A stretch of DNA of 64,000 bases, from assembly GCA_000708835.1 (NCBI GenBank), contig DF237262.1, positions 41,079-105,078 on the forward strand, read 5' to 3'. Below the pieces are notes generated by a model. It was not told where the DNA came from and ran no database searches. It worked only from the letters and a program-made list of their open reading frames with translations. Numbering within the stretch: the first letter of the stretch is position 1; every line of letters begins with the position of its first letter. Position numbers and translations under genes: made by a program. Positions 22,073 to 33,100 of the stretch are shown here, one piece after another. The stretch comes from Klebsormidium nitens. Taxonomy: Eukaryota > Plantae > Klebsormidiophyceae.

Positions 22073-25000
22073 TCAGCTGCTCTCTTTGAAGAGCTCCCTC
22101 CCTATGAGCATGCGCCGGATCTCGCTCGTGCCAGCCCCGATCTCGTATAGCTTGGCGTCCCGCAAAAGGCGCCCGGTGGGATACTCGTTCACGTAGCCAT
22201 TTCCGCCGAGGGCCTGAATGGCCTGCAATGGAGATTTGAAGGTACAGTCAGATGAAGCGTCAACGAATATCCCTGCTTGAACACTGAACATAGACAGTTA
22301 CCAGACGTATGGCATTGTCTTCATCCTTGCAGGAGGAAGGATGGCAGAGCAAAACCATACTGATGGCAGAGCGGAATGATACTGATGGCAGAGCGGAACG
22401 ATACTGATGGCAGAGCGGAATGATACTGAGGGCAGAGCGGAATGATACTGGTGGCAGAGCGGAACGATACTGATGGCAGAGCGGAACGATACTGACGGCA
22501 GAGCGGACCGACAACCCCTTTGAATTCCATCTGACCTACATGAAAGTGCTCTTTGAGTGCTCGAAGAGCGGCTGGACGAAATGGAATACGAAGCTCGCTT
22601 CTCAAGAGCAAAGCGGGACACGAAAGGCTGCTTCCGAGCTGTTCGTATCGCAATCTGTCGATTGGCACGATCAGGGCGCAGACCGATTTCCAGTCGTCTC
22701 CTTCTCAGACGGTCATTTGGACATTTCTGAGCAGAGGCTGTATCAGAATCCTTTCTTACAATAAGCCCGTCGGTTTTGTGGAAACGGCAATTTGAAGGAG
22801 GGATATCTGCGTTGATAGAACGAACTCCCCGGGGTTGAGAGCTGAACGTGAGCACGCAATCCAAGGAGCGGGTCTCCATATGAGATGCCTACGATTAAGT
22901 AAAAGAACGAGAGGACCATCTTACCTGCAAAGCAACTTGCGTGGCGTTCTCGGCTGAGTATAAAATGACTGCCGCACAGTCCTGCGTAGGAAAGAAGAAC
23001 ACAGTCAGTAAATGTCACAGTCAGCCTCACGAGAATTGCACGTTGTTCCTGACAGCAACTCAAACTGCTAGCTGGTGGAAAAGCTTTCACGTAGACGCAA
23101 CTGGAAACCTAAGTCACATTCCGGGGGACCTTTTCGACCTTTTCGAACAAGAACAGGACGCAAAGCTAGGGCCAGCTGAGAGCTGAAACTAAGCAAGCGG
23201 CGCACTAGGACGGTAGTCCCCGAAAAGAAAGAGCATATCTTCAAATTGGCCTTGAATTCACAACTCTAACCCGCCTATCTGATACTGGGCACTCTGCATA
23301 TATCCTTCGAGTGCAGGCGTTAAATCTGATTCTCTTCCGAGCAATGTTGCGTGTCGACTGAAAACCTACTTGGACTCCAATGTTGCCTTTGTAGGGCCGA
23401 CAGGTAGGAGGTACGGTACTTTTCAAGCCATATTACTCCTCTGGTATGTACCTTGGGTTACCACGTGGATCTGAAAAGCCATCAGATTGGCTAAAGAAAT
23501 CTGAAAAGCTTTTGGCAGCTTTTCGGTCGACGCGCACCCTTATCTAGGGATCTGAGCCTCACCTTCCTATCTACCTTTCCCTCGTCGCAAGCCTTTGCGA
23601 CGGAGTAGACAAACGCTCTGCACGACAGAGAGAGGAACCTTTCAGTGCTCGCAGCAAACAGTGAATTTTATGTGCTGGCAATTCGGCGAGACAACAGCGT
23701 TCGGGTGCTCGTTCTGTTTTCGAGAATAACGACTGCCACCCTACTTTCACCAAACACGGCGCTCTTGCGTCAAAGGAGACAGTTTTTGGCAGCCAGTTCG
23801 AGCAAGCACTGAGCGGACGGCTTGATATGTACGGGTGTAGAAAACGAACACACGGAAAATCACTTCCTTGACAACATACACACATTCTGTTCGCAAGCGT
23901 CGCTTACGTCAGTGGAAGATTCTGAGCAACATTCCCTGGATTGCTGAACATACTACGACCAGAAAAAGCGGACAGAATCCAAGGAATAGACCAGGTGCAA
24001 TCAAGAGGAAGAGCTTCAAGAGACCCCAAGTGGACGCCTGTAGGGTAGTAAACATGTCCACGCGGGTCGTTGTTTCATCAGCTGGAGCTCCCCAGACCGC
24101 TTTCCGACTGTTTTCAGCTATGCACTCTTCCAATCAAAACACTAGGCCAACACAAGGGTGGAAAGCAGTTCGAGCGTCATAATGGACCTACCTTGACGCT
24201 TGAAGCGTCGTCTACATGTCCGCTTTTTCTGCTGCATGAGCTGGTTATCCCCGACTGCCTTCTCGAGCTGCTCTTACATTGCCCAGACTTAAAAAGCGCA
24301 GGCACAAAAACCCACAAGGAAGAAACAAGGAAACAAGAGCTGTTCACAGCAGGCGTCATACCTTGACGCTTGAAGCGTCGTATACATGTCCGCTAGTTTC
24401 CCCTGCATTAGCTGGAACTCGCCGATCGGCTTCCCAAACTGCTCTCGACTGTGCACGTACGGTAACACGGTATCTAGGCACGCCTGCATCAGCCCCACAG
24501 GCCCGCCCGCGAGAACTAGACGCTCGAGATCCAGCCCGCTCATCATGACGTAGACGCCGCGGCCCTCCTCGCCGAGGACGTTGCTCGTGGGTACGAAGCA
24601 GTCCTCGAAAACGAGCTCGCACCTGCGAGGGAAAATCAGTATTCTGGAAAAGTCCTGGAGAAAAAAGCAAAAAGAAAGATAAAAGCACCCTTGCAAGATG
24701 TGCTGATTGCTACAAGACGGCCCGGTCTTTCCTCGCCGAGGACGTTGCTCGTAGGCTCGAAGCAGTCCTCGAAAACCAGCTCGCACCCGCAAATCTAGAT
24801 GTGTTAAGAACGTTCTCTTTCCATACACGAAGAATCCTTTGCATAGACCAAGAAAGAGACGATTGTGGGGTATGCTACGGGTATCGACGATCTGGCCCTC
24901 CTCGCCAAGAGAACGAAGCAGTCCTCAAAAACGAGCTCGCACCTGTGAAACAACAATCGAGTTCCAGTGCGCTACGATATCTATTGTCTTCGTGAGTATG

Positions 25001-28000
25001 ATGAATGAACGCCCAGCCCTTCTTGCTGGGAACGTTGCTCGTAGGCACGAAGCAGTTTCATCCGGCCCTTCTTGCCATGAAGTGTCGCTCGTAGGCGCGG
25101 TGCAGATGTGGAGATGAGCTCGGACCCGCGGGGAGGGATAGGGTTAATAGAGGCCAGTTGTAAAACAACGGTTTGTAAAGACTTCCCAAGGGACCCCTTC
25201 AACCTTGCGGCTACGTTCGCACAAAGAGAAAGCGCCAATCCAAGAAGACCGTAACGTGTCGAGACAAAGAGCGAGATCTTTTCCAGATTATGGACGTTAG
25301 ATAAGGTCTGCGAACAGGCTACTTACGTGTCGCTGCCACGCATCCCGAGCTTGTCCAATTTCTGGGCCGTCCGAAATCTGCGGACAGGAAGAGCACCGGT
25401 TTTTAGCACGGACCCTTTGGTTTCGGACGCACGAAAAAGTGGTCGACAGAGCAGCTCAGCTAGCAGAGTTCTTTTGGGGTTTAGGGCTTTACGGTTTTAG
25501 GGCTTTAGGGTTTTAGGGTTTGCAGCGACGGTAATCGAAAACGAATACAAAGAGCACCGTCATCAACGAAGTCACTCGCTACCTGTATGCTTGTAGACAG
25601 TTTGCAGAAGCGGACTTCCAAGATCAGTGAACGCTTTCCGCCAAAGGCTCAGGAAGGAAATGAGATTGAGAGCAGACCCCTACCCTTGCATTCCCTTCTC
25701 GATGATGAACGCCGTGATCCCGTGCGGACCTTTTGCCGTGTCCGTTTTGGCGTACACCACCTGCGGACACCGGACAGCACGTGAGCGGAACAATTTCGCT
25801 AGCGAAACCGGACGTCTCGAGAGCGAGATATGCGGTCCCTAAGCCTAACAGTTTTAAGCCGGCAAACTAACCCGGACGCGAGAACCACGAGCCTCATAAG
25901 CGGTTTGACTGTTTCGAGGTTCGTTTGGCGCAGTCGAGTGGCTGTCATTTCACAACTGTCAGCCGGCCGGAGTCAAAGCGCAACAATATGGAGTGAGACT
26001 ATCAGTCGAAACAGCAGAGGTACAAAGAGGACTTGGGGCTTCAAAAGTACAAATGTCGATCGTCAATCCTGAACTAAAGAACAAACGATGCATGCGGCAC
26101 CATGCCGTACTCGTTTCCCCTTCCCTTTTGATTTCAAACAAAATGACGATTGAAAGGGAATGACCGGAGCAAGAGCACAAAAGGAGAGAGCTGATTGACC
26201 TGCTAAGAAAGGAAACAGAGACGAGGAGGATTTGAACCTCTGATACAACGTGTAATGGCTCACCAGGGTATCAACTGGCCCGTTAGTGCACCACGTTTTT
26301 GAGTGGTCTTCTTTCCTCTCCGATTCCAAACATGGGGAATGACGGAAACGGCCAGAACTAGCGCAAAGATAAAATTGCAACCATTTGGGCAAAATGCGGT
26401 AACGGCAGGAGAATCCCTAGAATGTGACAATTCGAAAAGGTGTGGAATGCTCACGAGAGTGTTGGCTACGGGCCCGTTCGTGCACCACATTTTGTTTCCG
26501 TTGAGGACGTAGCCCCCGTCCGTCTTGTCCGCCCGGCAGCGCATGCTGACGACATCCGACCCCGAGTTCGGCTCGCTCATGGCCAACGCACCGACGTGCT
26601 CTCCCTTCACCAACTGGGGGGAAATAAACGATCGGGAAGTTCCATGTGGATTCTGACCGGGGGATTCAAACGGGAAAGGCGATCACGAGGGGATGCGATC
26701 GGGCCATAATATCGGGAAAAGTGGCAATCTGCGGACGAGCATGTTTGGTGAACCATAGAGTCATGGCACGTTTCCCATAGATAGCCCGGCCTTGCTGACA
26801 GAGTCTATTGGGGACGTGAGAAGGACGTGTGCACACGGACGGATGCTGCTGACGACGCAGCTGAATCGACTTGGCACCTGATTTGCGTTCTTGAAAGAGG
26901 GGCGTTCTAAAAAATGGAATTGCTCAGAGAACATTGTAAATTGATAAAAGTGTATTCACAATTCCAAGTACGGGAAGAAAGGACTCTTCAAGCGATGTGA
27001 GTGGGGTTCAGACGGGATAAACGAGTTCCTCGAGTGCGCCAACTGGCTTGAAACGCAACTAGGATGAACAAGTGTGCAAGCATGTCAGCTTCTCTTACTG
27101 CTAGGCATCTTCCAACACTCCGATCCAAGAGCCGGCCCGGCACTTCGACGTTTCAGCGCAACATAAGAAGAATACTCCTCTTCATAAGCATCCCTAAGCA
27201 GCGCCTAATCTGAACGGCCAAAGAAGGGAAGAAGACGCACCTTTGGAAGATACTTTTGTTTCTGCTCCTCGTTTCCGTTCCGCACAATCTGGTTTATGCA
27301 CAGGTTGCTATGGGCTCCGTACGAGAGAGCCACCGAGCCGCTCGCCCGACTGAGCTCCTCCATAGCTATACAGTGCTCCAAGTAGCCCAGACCCATACCA
27401 CCGTACTCTTCTGCAGGTTGGATGTCGAAGGTATTTGTCAGTTAAGAACAAGGATGGATGCTCCGATCCTTTCGACTCTGATCAGATATTTGAAAAACGA
27501 ACCCTTTTACCCACAATCCTAAGGTATTTTCGTCCATCATGATCGAGGCACTCATCTTTGACAGTTATATGATTCCAGAAGAAGATTCAGAGGTGGGTCA
27601 GTTAAGATTGTTAGAACAGACAACCGACTGATTGTGCCAGCATCTCCAATTCTTCATTATATACGGCTGTGTTCAATACAATGCATGACCGAATCAGGCA
27701 TAGTGTCGAGAAAAAATTGAGGATAAATTCCCATCCAAATCAGAACAATTACAACAGGTAAGACATGGATTGTTTAGCGATGGCCTCGGATGGAACTGAC
27801 AATGACGCGATCAAATCAGGATGCGAAAAAGACCTTATTGAAAACTGGGAATCGAACTTTCTACATGAGGCAAAGGATTTTCAAGACTGCGCTATACAGA
27901 TCAGAATCCCTGGGAAGAATGTAGTGACAGTGCCAGACACACACTTGATTTAAGCAATGTCAGAGGAAAGGCTGTACTCCCATTTCTACACTTCGAACAT

Positions 28001-29540
28001 ATGAAGTCAGATATGAAATGAAATTAACTGACCTGGGACTGTAATTCCGTGCAGGTCAAACTCGCCCATCTTTCTCCACAAGTTGACGTCCTTTGGGAAC
28101 GAGTTGTTGTGGTCGATCTGGGCAGCCAGCGGCGCAATGTTCTCTTGGGCAAACTTGCGGACGCTCTCTTTGAACTGCACACAAGTTAGAAAGATGAGCA
28201 AACGGCGCTGAGGTGTAGATGCGTCCATTTCTGCCATGACCATCAGTGCAGGGGATATTGGGATTGAGAGATATTCATGCCCCAAACTTATCCAATGTTC
28301 GAAACATCACAACCGTCTGTTCCCAATGACCCCGACTGGGGTGCGCGATACCATTTTTCAACAGGAGTTCTTGGAATATTTGGCTCACCCAGAGGGCTGA
28401 ACAAGTAGTCAGCAGATGCAATTCTTTGTAAAACTCAATCTCGAAAAGTGTTGACTGCCAGGTTTCGGTGCGGAGCAAGGACAACCCTCTGAATGATTGA
28501 AAAGGGCGCGCTGCTCGAGACTACGCAGTCCTCAATTCAGTAATTCTAGATGACCCCCAAAACTTCAAGCAATCAGTCTGATGTTTAGTCTGATGAACAA
28601 GCTTGGTCCAAATGCACGCCTCTCATCGAGAGGCAGGCGATACTCATAAGATTCCTCCTGTCTCAGGCCCGGAATCCTCTCCCTTGTCTGGGGCGTTTGG
28701 AGCAACATAGAATCTCCTGTCTTCATTTTTCCAAAGGGAACTGATTGGCTTACCTGCATGGACGTATCATCCAGAAGCCCAGCCCCAGTAGAATAACAGT
28801 GGGCTTTTATACCACTCCATGCCTGTAAAAAAAGACAGAAACCCTTTATTCAGTTGCCACAAGAAGCATTTTTGAAAGGAGTCCCAGCTTAGCTCCTTTT
28901 GTTAGCCTAACGCCCAATCCGTGCATGCTAGCTCAAGTATTTCCACTAACGCAGTTGGTTCAGTGGAAGAAAGTGATTTCTGCAGAGACTTGCTGTAGTT
29001 GGCAACGTGGAACCAGCTGACTGCAATGACAGTGTCAAGAACATTTTGACAACTGATCTTGATGACTATCGCTCTTGGATAGACATACTGCGCATCAGAA
29101 GGGTTTCCGCCACTACTAGCTCGCAGCTTTCCGAGGAATGTCGATGTAGTGAAGCCTCCACAGAGTACTTTTTCTTACTTCTTATACTAAGGACCTACAC
29201 AGAAACGGCCTTAGAATATTTCAGGACTAAAGGAAGTGGTAGCTTGCTGCATACACTGGTCACATACTCTACGTCAAGCTCCAGACACTGGTCAGTAATA
29301 AAAGGAGCTAGTGGTGCTTTGCTTGAGTGCAGCTTGCAAAAAGCCGATACAAGTCCTTAACAAGTTAGGGTTGCAAACCCTAAAACATGTTCAAGGAGGA
29401 GGACTTACCAGCGCTGCACCCAACCAACTCTGGTCGTAACCAGCTCGTAAACATGGAGCTCGAAAACCTGGTCGGCTGGAGCCACAACCAGAGTGCAAAG
29501 CGAATGCCCCTCGAGCTAGCAGATGGATGCAGCTTTTCAT
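22073..29540 (-). CDS. IVD: Isovaleryl-CoA dehydrogenase, mitochondrial (about 440 aa, 11 exons)
   Basis: Exons 29540-29409 (putative transit peptide, least certain), 28822-28754, 28174-28033, 27410-27241, 26613-26455, 25760-25684, 25377-25327, 24622-24362, 23617-23563, 22981-22925 and 22222-22073 total 1323 nt in frame. Acyl-CoA dehydrogenase/IVD motifs: [99 protein letters not shown]. Confidence 0.96.
22340..22507. repeat. 22-bp minisatellite (ACTGATGGCAGAGCGGAAYGAT, about 7.5 copies) in the last IVD intron
   Basis: Head-to-tail units start at 22359, 22381, 22403, 22425, 22447, 22469 and 22491, with a partial unit at 22340. There are no spacers. Confidence 0.95.
24184..24224 (-). repeat. 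Intronic duplicate of the 3' end and donor site of IVD exon 8
   Basis: GCGGACATGTAGACGACGCTTCAAGCGTCAAG|gtaggt versus the real GCGGACATGTATACGACGCTTCAAGCGTCAAG|gtatga, offset 170 bp. Confidence 0.9.
24721..25100 (-). repeat. Three to four decaying intronic duplicates of the acceptor and 5' end of IVD exon 8
   Basis: Copies of GTGCGAGCTCGTTTTCGAGGACTGCTTCG..ACGAGCAACGTCCTCGGCGAGGAGGGCC start at 24786 (AG mutated to GG) and 24942 (AG intact). Partial copies lie at about 25013-25052 and 25063-25100. Confidence 0.88.
25472..25521 (+). repeat. Interstitial telomere-like repeat (TTTTAGGG/TTTAGGG variants) in IVD intron 6
   Basis: TTTTGGGG TTTAGGG CTTTACGG TTTTAGGG CTTTAGGG TTTTAGGG. Confidence 0.8.
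26257..26300 (-). repeat. Intronic duplicate of the 3' end and donor site of IVD exon 5
   Basis: The copy translates [12 protein letters not shown]|gtgagc against the real [13 protein letters not shown]|gtgagc, offset 191 bp. Confidence 0.85.
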
Positions 29541-29969
29541 GGTGTGCCACTGATGGGGCTCCTCAAAGGACTTGCTTCCTCCTGGGAATACTTGAAGGGA
29601 TGCAGAATGCCTTCAAGAAGAAGCTCAATGGCGTCTCTTGTGGGAGCACACAAGGCGCATGCTGAGCTGTCAAATGAGTCTTGCTTTGATATACCTAGGT
29701 AGCCCTGAACTTGAAGGGGCTGAGCTGGCAGGAAACTGGTGCCAGCATGCTTTACGGAACCTGTTTCATGCATGGTCACCCGTAAATTTCACTAGAGAGC
29801 TTGACCATACGCCCATATTTGTGACAGATAAGGTGACAGAAACTTGCAAAGCACTATAGCTTTTAGCTTATTCCAGAAATTATGAATCGGTCGTAAAATC
29901 ACGTGCAAAGAGCAGATATCATTATGTGATTACTGTCATATGTCCGTGGACGCTTTACCAAGTGGAAGT

Positions 29970-29978
29970 GGCGGGAAA
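29970..29978 (-). promoter_or_regulatory. E2F-like site (TTTCCCGCC) in the IVD / SAS-4 divergent intergenic region
   Basis: GGCGGGAAA on the + strand, about 160 bp upstream of the SAS-4 ATG. Matches the plant E2F consensus TTTSSCGS. Confidence 0.4.
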
Positions 29979-30136
29979 TACGTTTTCAAACAGCTGAGTA
30001 GGCTGTGCAGCAAATTGCACTCTAATGAGTCTCTTCAGCTAGGTAGGTCCATCATGCGGAGGCGCTTCTAGGTACCGTACTTCTGCTCTGCTCTTGTTGC
30101 CAGGCTCTGGAGGGGTGCTGAGGATGTCAAGCTCAG

Positions 30137-33100
30137 ATGGGATCGAGCCCCGCACCTCTGGAAGCTCCAGCTCCAGAAACTCCCCCAAGGGAGTCATGCA
30201 TATCTTTGATGCTCAAAGATCATAAGGCAACGCTTTCAGCGATCTTGGAGGCGGCGAAAGAGCAGGCCCTGAGGCATAAGCAGGCATCCAGTTCTAGCGG
30301 AGAGTTGCCGGGAGAGCAAACTAGAGAAGACTTTGACGCGGAGGTGATTCGCGATCTGCAGTCAGAAGCCTCAGAGAGAACCCTAGAATCTGGCAACTCT
30401 GAATCTGATCAAACAGGAGGACAAGGAGACGGTTTGAAGCAGCCAGCGGTTTACCTTAGGGATGATATCATAAGCTATCGTGCGCAACTAGGGATGGCAA
30501 GCCTGTCATCCAGCTGCACCTACACCCCAGGCCAGCTGTCTGGTGGTTCCTTCCCCAGCGCCTTCCCTTCCCCCTTGCCAATTGACAAGGACAATCAGCA
30601 GCAGCTGCCTGGCCCTAGTAATGCAGTAAAAGGTAATTCAGCTGGTCTCTCCTCCCTCTCCCAACTGCCATTCCTCCCAACTGAAGCCTTCCACGACTTT
30701 TCATTGGGCGTCCCCTCGTTTGCCCCTCATGGTGTGAACACGCCCCTTCTTGCTTATCCTCAAGGTGCGAATGCACCCCCCCTGGGGAGCTGGCCGTGGC
30801 TACCAGCAGGCTCCGGAGTGACCCCCTCCCCTTATGAGATTGCGCTCATGTATCTTCAAGGGGGCGGAGCATCTGCCCCTCCCGCAGCTCCCCTGCCACA
30901 GAGCGGCTCCTATGAACTAGGCGTACACCAGCAATTTGTCAAGAGTCAGTCCGGCGACATCTACAGGGGTCAGCCTGGATTGATGGAGCCAGCAGAGCCT
31001 GTGTTGCAGAGGTCAGCAGAGACTGGGCCGCCGAGGCTAGCAGACTCTGGATCGCTGAGGTCAGCAGAGCAGAGGGGGCAGGGCAGCCGGCCAGGGACAG
31101 GGGCATCGCTTCGGTCGTTCGACGAGGGGGGACGAGATTGGGAGCTGGGGCCCGCTTATACGGAGGCGGAGCCCGAATATGCAGAGGCGGCTGGGAGAAA
31201 GGAAGGAGGCGCAAGTATGTTCTCTGCTGCGGCAGCGGTGTCTGAGTTTAATGATGTAGAGGTCAGGAGATCTAGAGATGGTGTGCGAGTAAGAGAATTC
31301 AAGGGGCTTGGGGCTGAAAAGGCGAGCAACTGGGAGGAAGAGGATCGAGACCTGGGCGGGGTGGGGGAACCTTACGGGCAAAAGAACAGTTTTAACAAGC
31401 ACAAGGCAGAAGAGAAAAGTACTGCGGAATTGCGGGGGAATTTCTTCGGTGGGGGAGTGTCAGAGGGAAGAGACCGCGGCCGGCAAGATCCTGACACGAT
31501 CGGGAGCTTCGCTGAACAGAGGGGGCCGTCAGCGGGTTCTCCAATCAGGTCGCACAAGCTCGTTATGCGCAACAGCCTTGACGAGAGGCCCCTCCCTCGA
31601 GCGAGCGCATATTCTGAGAGGCCTTCCCCAAGCAAGCCAGGCGCCTCTGCTGTGATCCACATTCCGGCCCCTAGCAATACCCCGCAGACGCTCCATCATG
31701 ATCGGCTGTCGAAGCGGCCGTTCCTGAAGCGGGGGTCGCGTCTTCTCAAGTCGGTGATCCCCCGGAAAGGAGAGAAGGAGTCGTGGGTTGCCGAGTTCAA
31801 GGGGAAGATTGCGGCTGTTCCGAGAGCAGTGGTCGATGTGCCAACTGAAGAGGACACCGGGGAAGGCGTGGACTGGGGGGTTCTGAACGCTCAGAAAGTG
31901 ACGGGGAAGAGGCTCCCCCCGCCTGTCAGCAAGCTAAAGAAGGTGGTGCCACAGAAAGGGAGTCGGACGGCGGTCAAGGAAGAACCGTTGGTCAAGAGGG
32001 GGGGCAACTTTCTGAGGGCCGGCAGCAGGGGCGGACGGTTGGCCCCCCTGCAGAATACCAGGTGGGTTGTTGGAAGAACCTGAGACCTCTGAGTTCTCTT
32101 TGTGATATTCTTCACGCTTGGTCTTGATTTGGTCGGCTGTGGTAAACTAAATGTGGTCCATCTTCTGCACACTTGCGGCGTAAGCATTTTGACAGCTAGT
32201 GTAGCTTCCTGTGATTGCATGACAATGACTGATTTCCTTTTAAGGTCATCATTTGCAGGTCGTTGACCACTGGTGTTTGCACAGTCTTGCCCTTTTAATT
32301 CTTAGTACTCTTGCCTTTTCTTGGAATGTCTGACCAGTGAAGACGATGTTTCTGGATATTGAATGTAATCATCCGACAAAGCGTGTCGCCTCCCAAAAGC
32401 TGCAACGTTCTACTGTTCTCCTTGTGCTTGGAGTTCTCGTAGCTAGTCTAGGCATCCTGTACTTAGATATCAAGCATCCTTCAGACACACCATAATGTCG
32501 GCTCAGCTTCGAGTCTCCAAAAAGGTGATGAAAGTTTTGCAGCCTCTGCGCAATAAAGAGACATGTTTCTTACGGCAAAGAAGCTGTCAACATTTCGAAA
32601 TCAAGGGCAACTGGACCTTGCCCATTCCTTCGGCCAACCGTTGGCTATCTCGGCTTCTTTATCAGCAGCTTTTTGGGGAGACATCAAATACCATCCAGAC
32701 ACGTGAGGCCGTAAGAAAACTTACGTCAAGCCATCCTCTCACAGCGATGTTTTATCCATTGTCAGACCTACATCGAGCAACCCAGTCCCTGCTGCAAGGA
32801 AACCGGCCCCTGCTTCAGAGCTTCCCAGTTTCGACGAAATACAGCCAGTCGACGACTTGGAGTTGGCGGAATTTCAAGCGCTCGAGCGACGCTTGAAAGG
32901 CCATGTTCTAGAAGATGCCGAGCCTCAGATTGAGTACGAAGACAGAGAAAAAGAGCTTGAACCTGAGCCGAATACCGACCGGGTGGGAGTAGGGTTCGGG
33001 TTAAGAAGCGAGTTGGCGAGTTGGGGGGAGGGGGTGGCAGGCCACGGATGTGAATACGAAAATGGGGACGGAACGGAAGAGTTCGACGGAGCTGGGGAGG

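Noticed and set aside
22340-22507. Regular short repeats considered as a CRISPR array
   Set aside because: Units are directly head-to-tail with no unique spacers, there are no cas genes, and the context is a eukaryotic intron.
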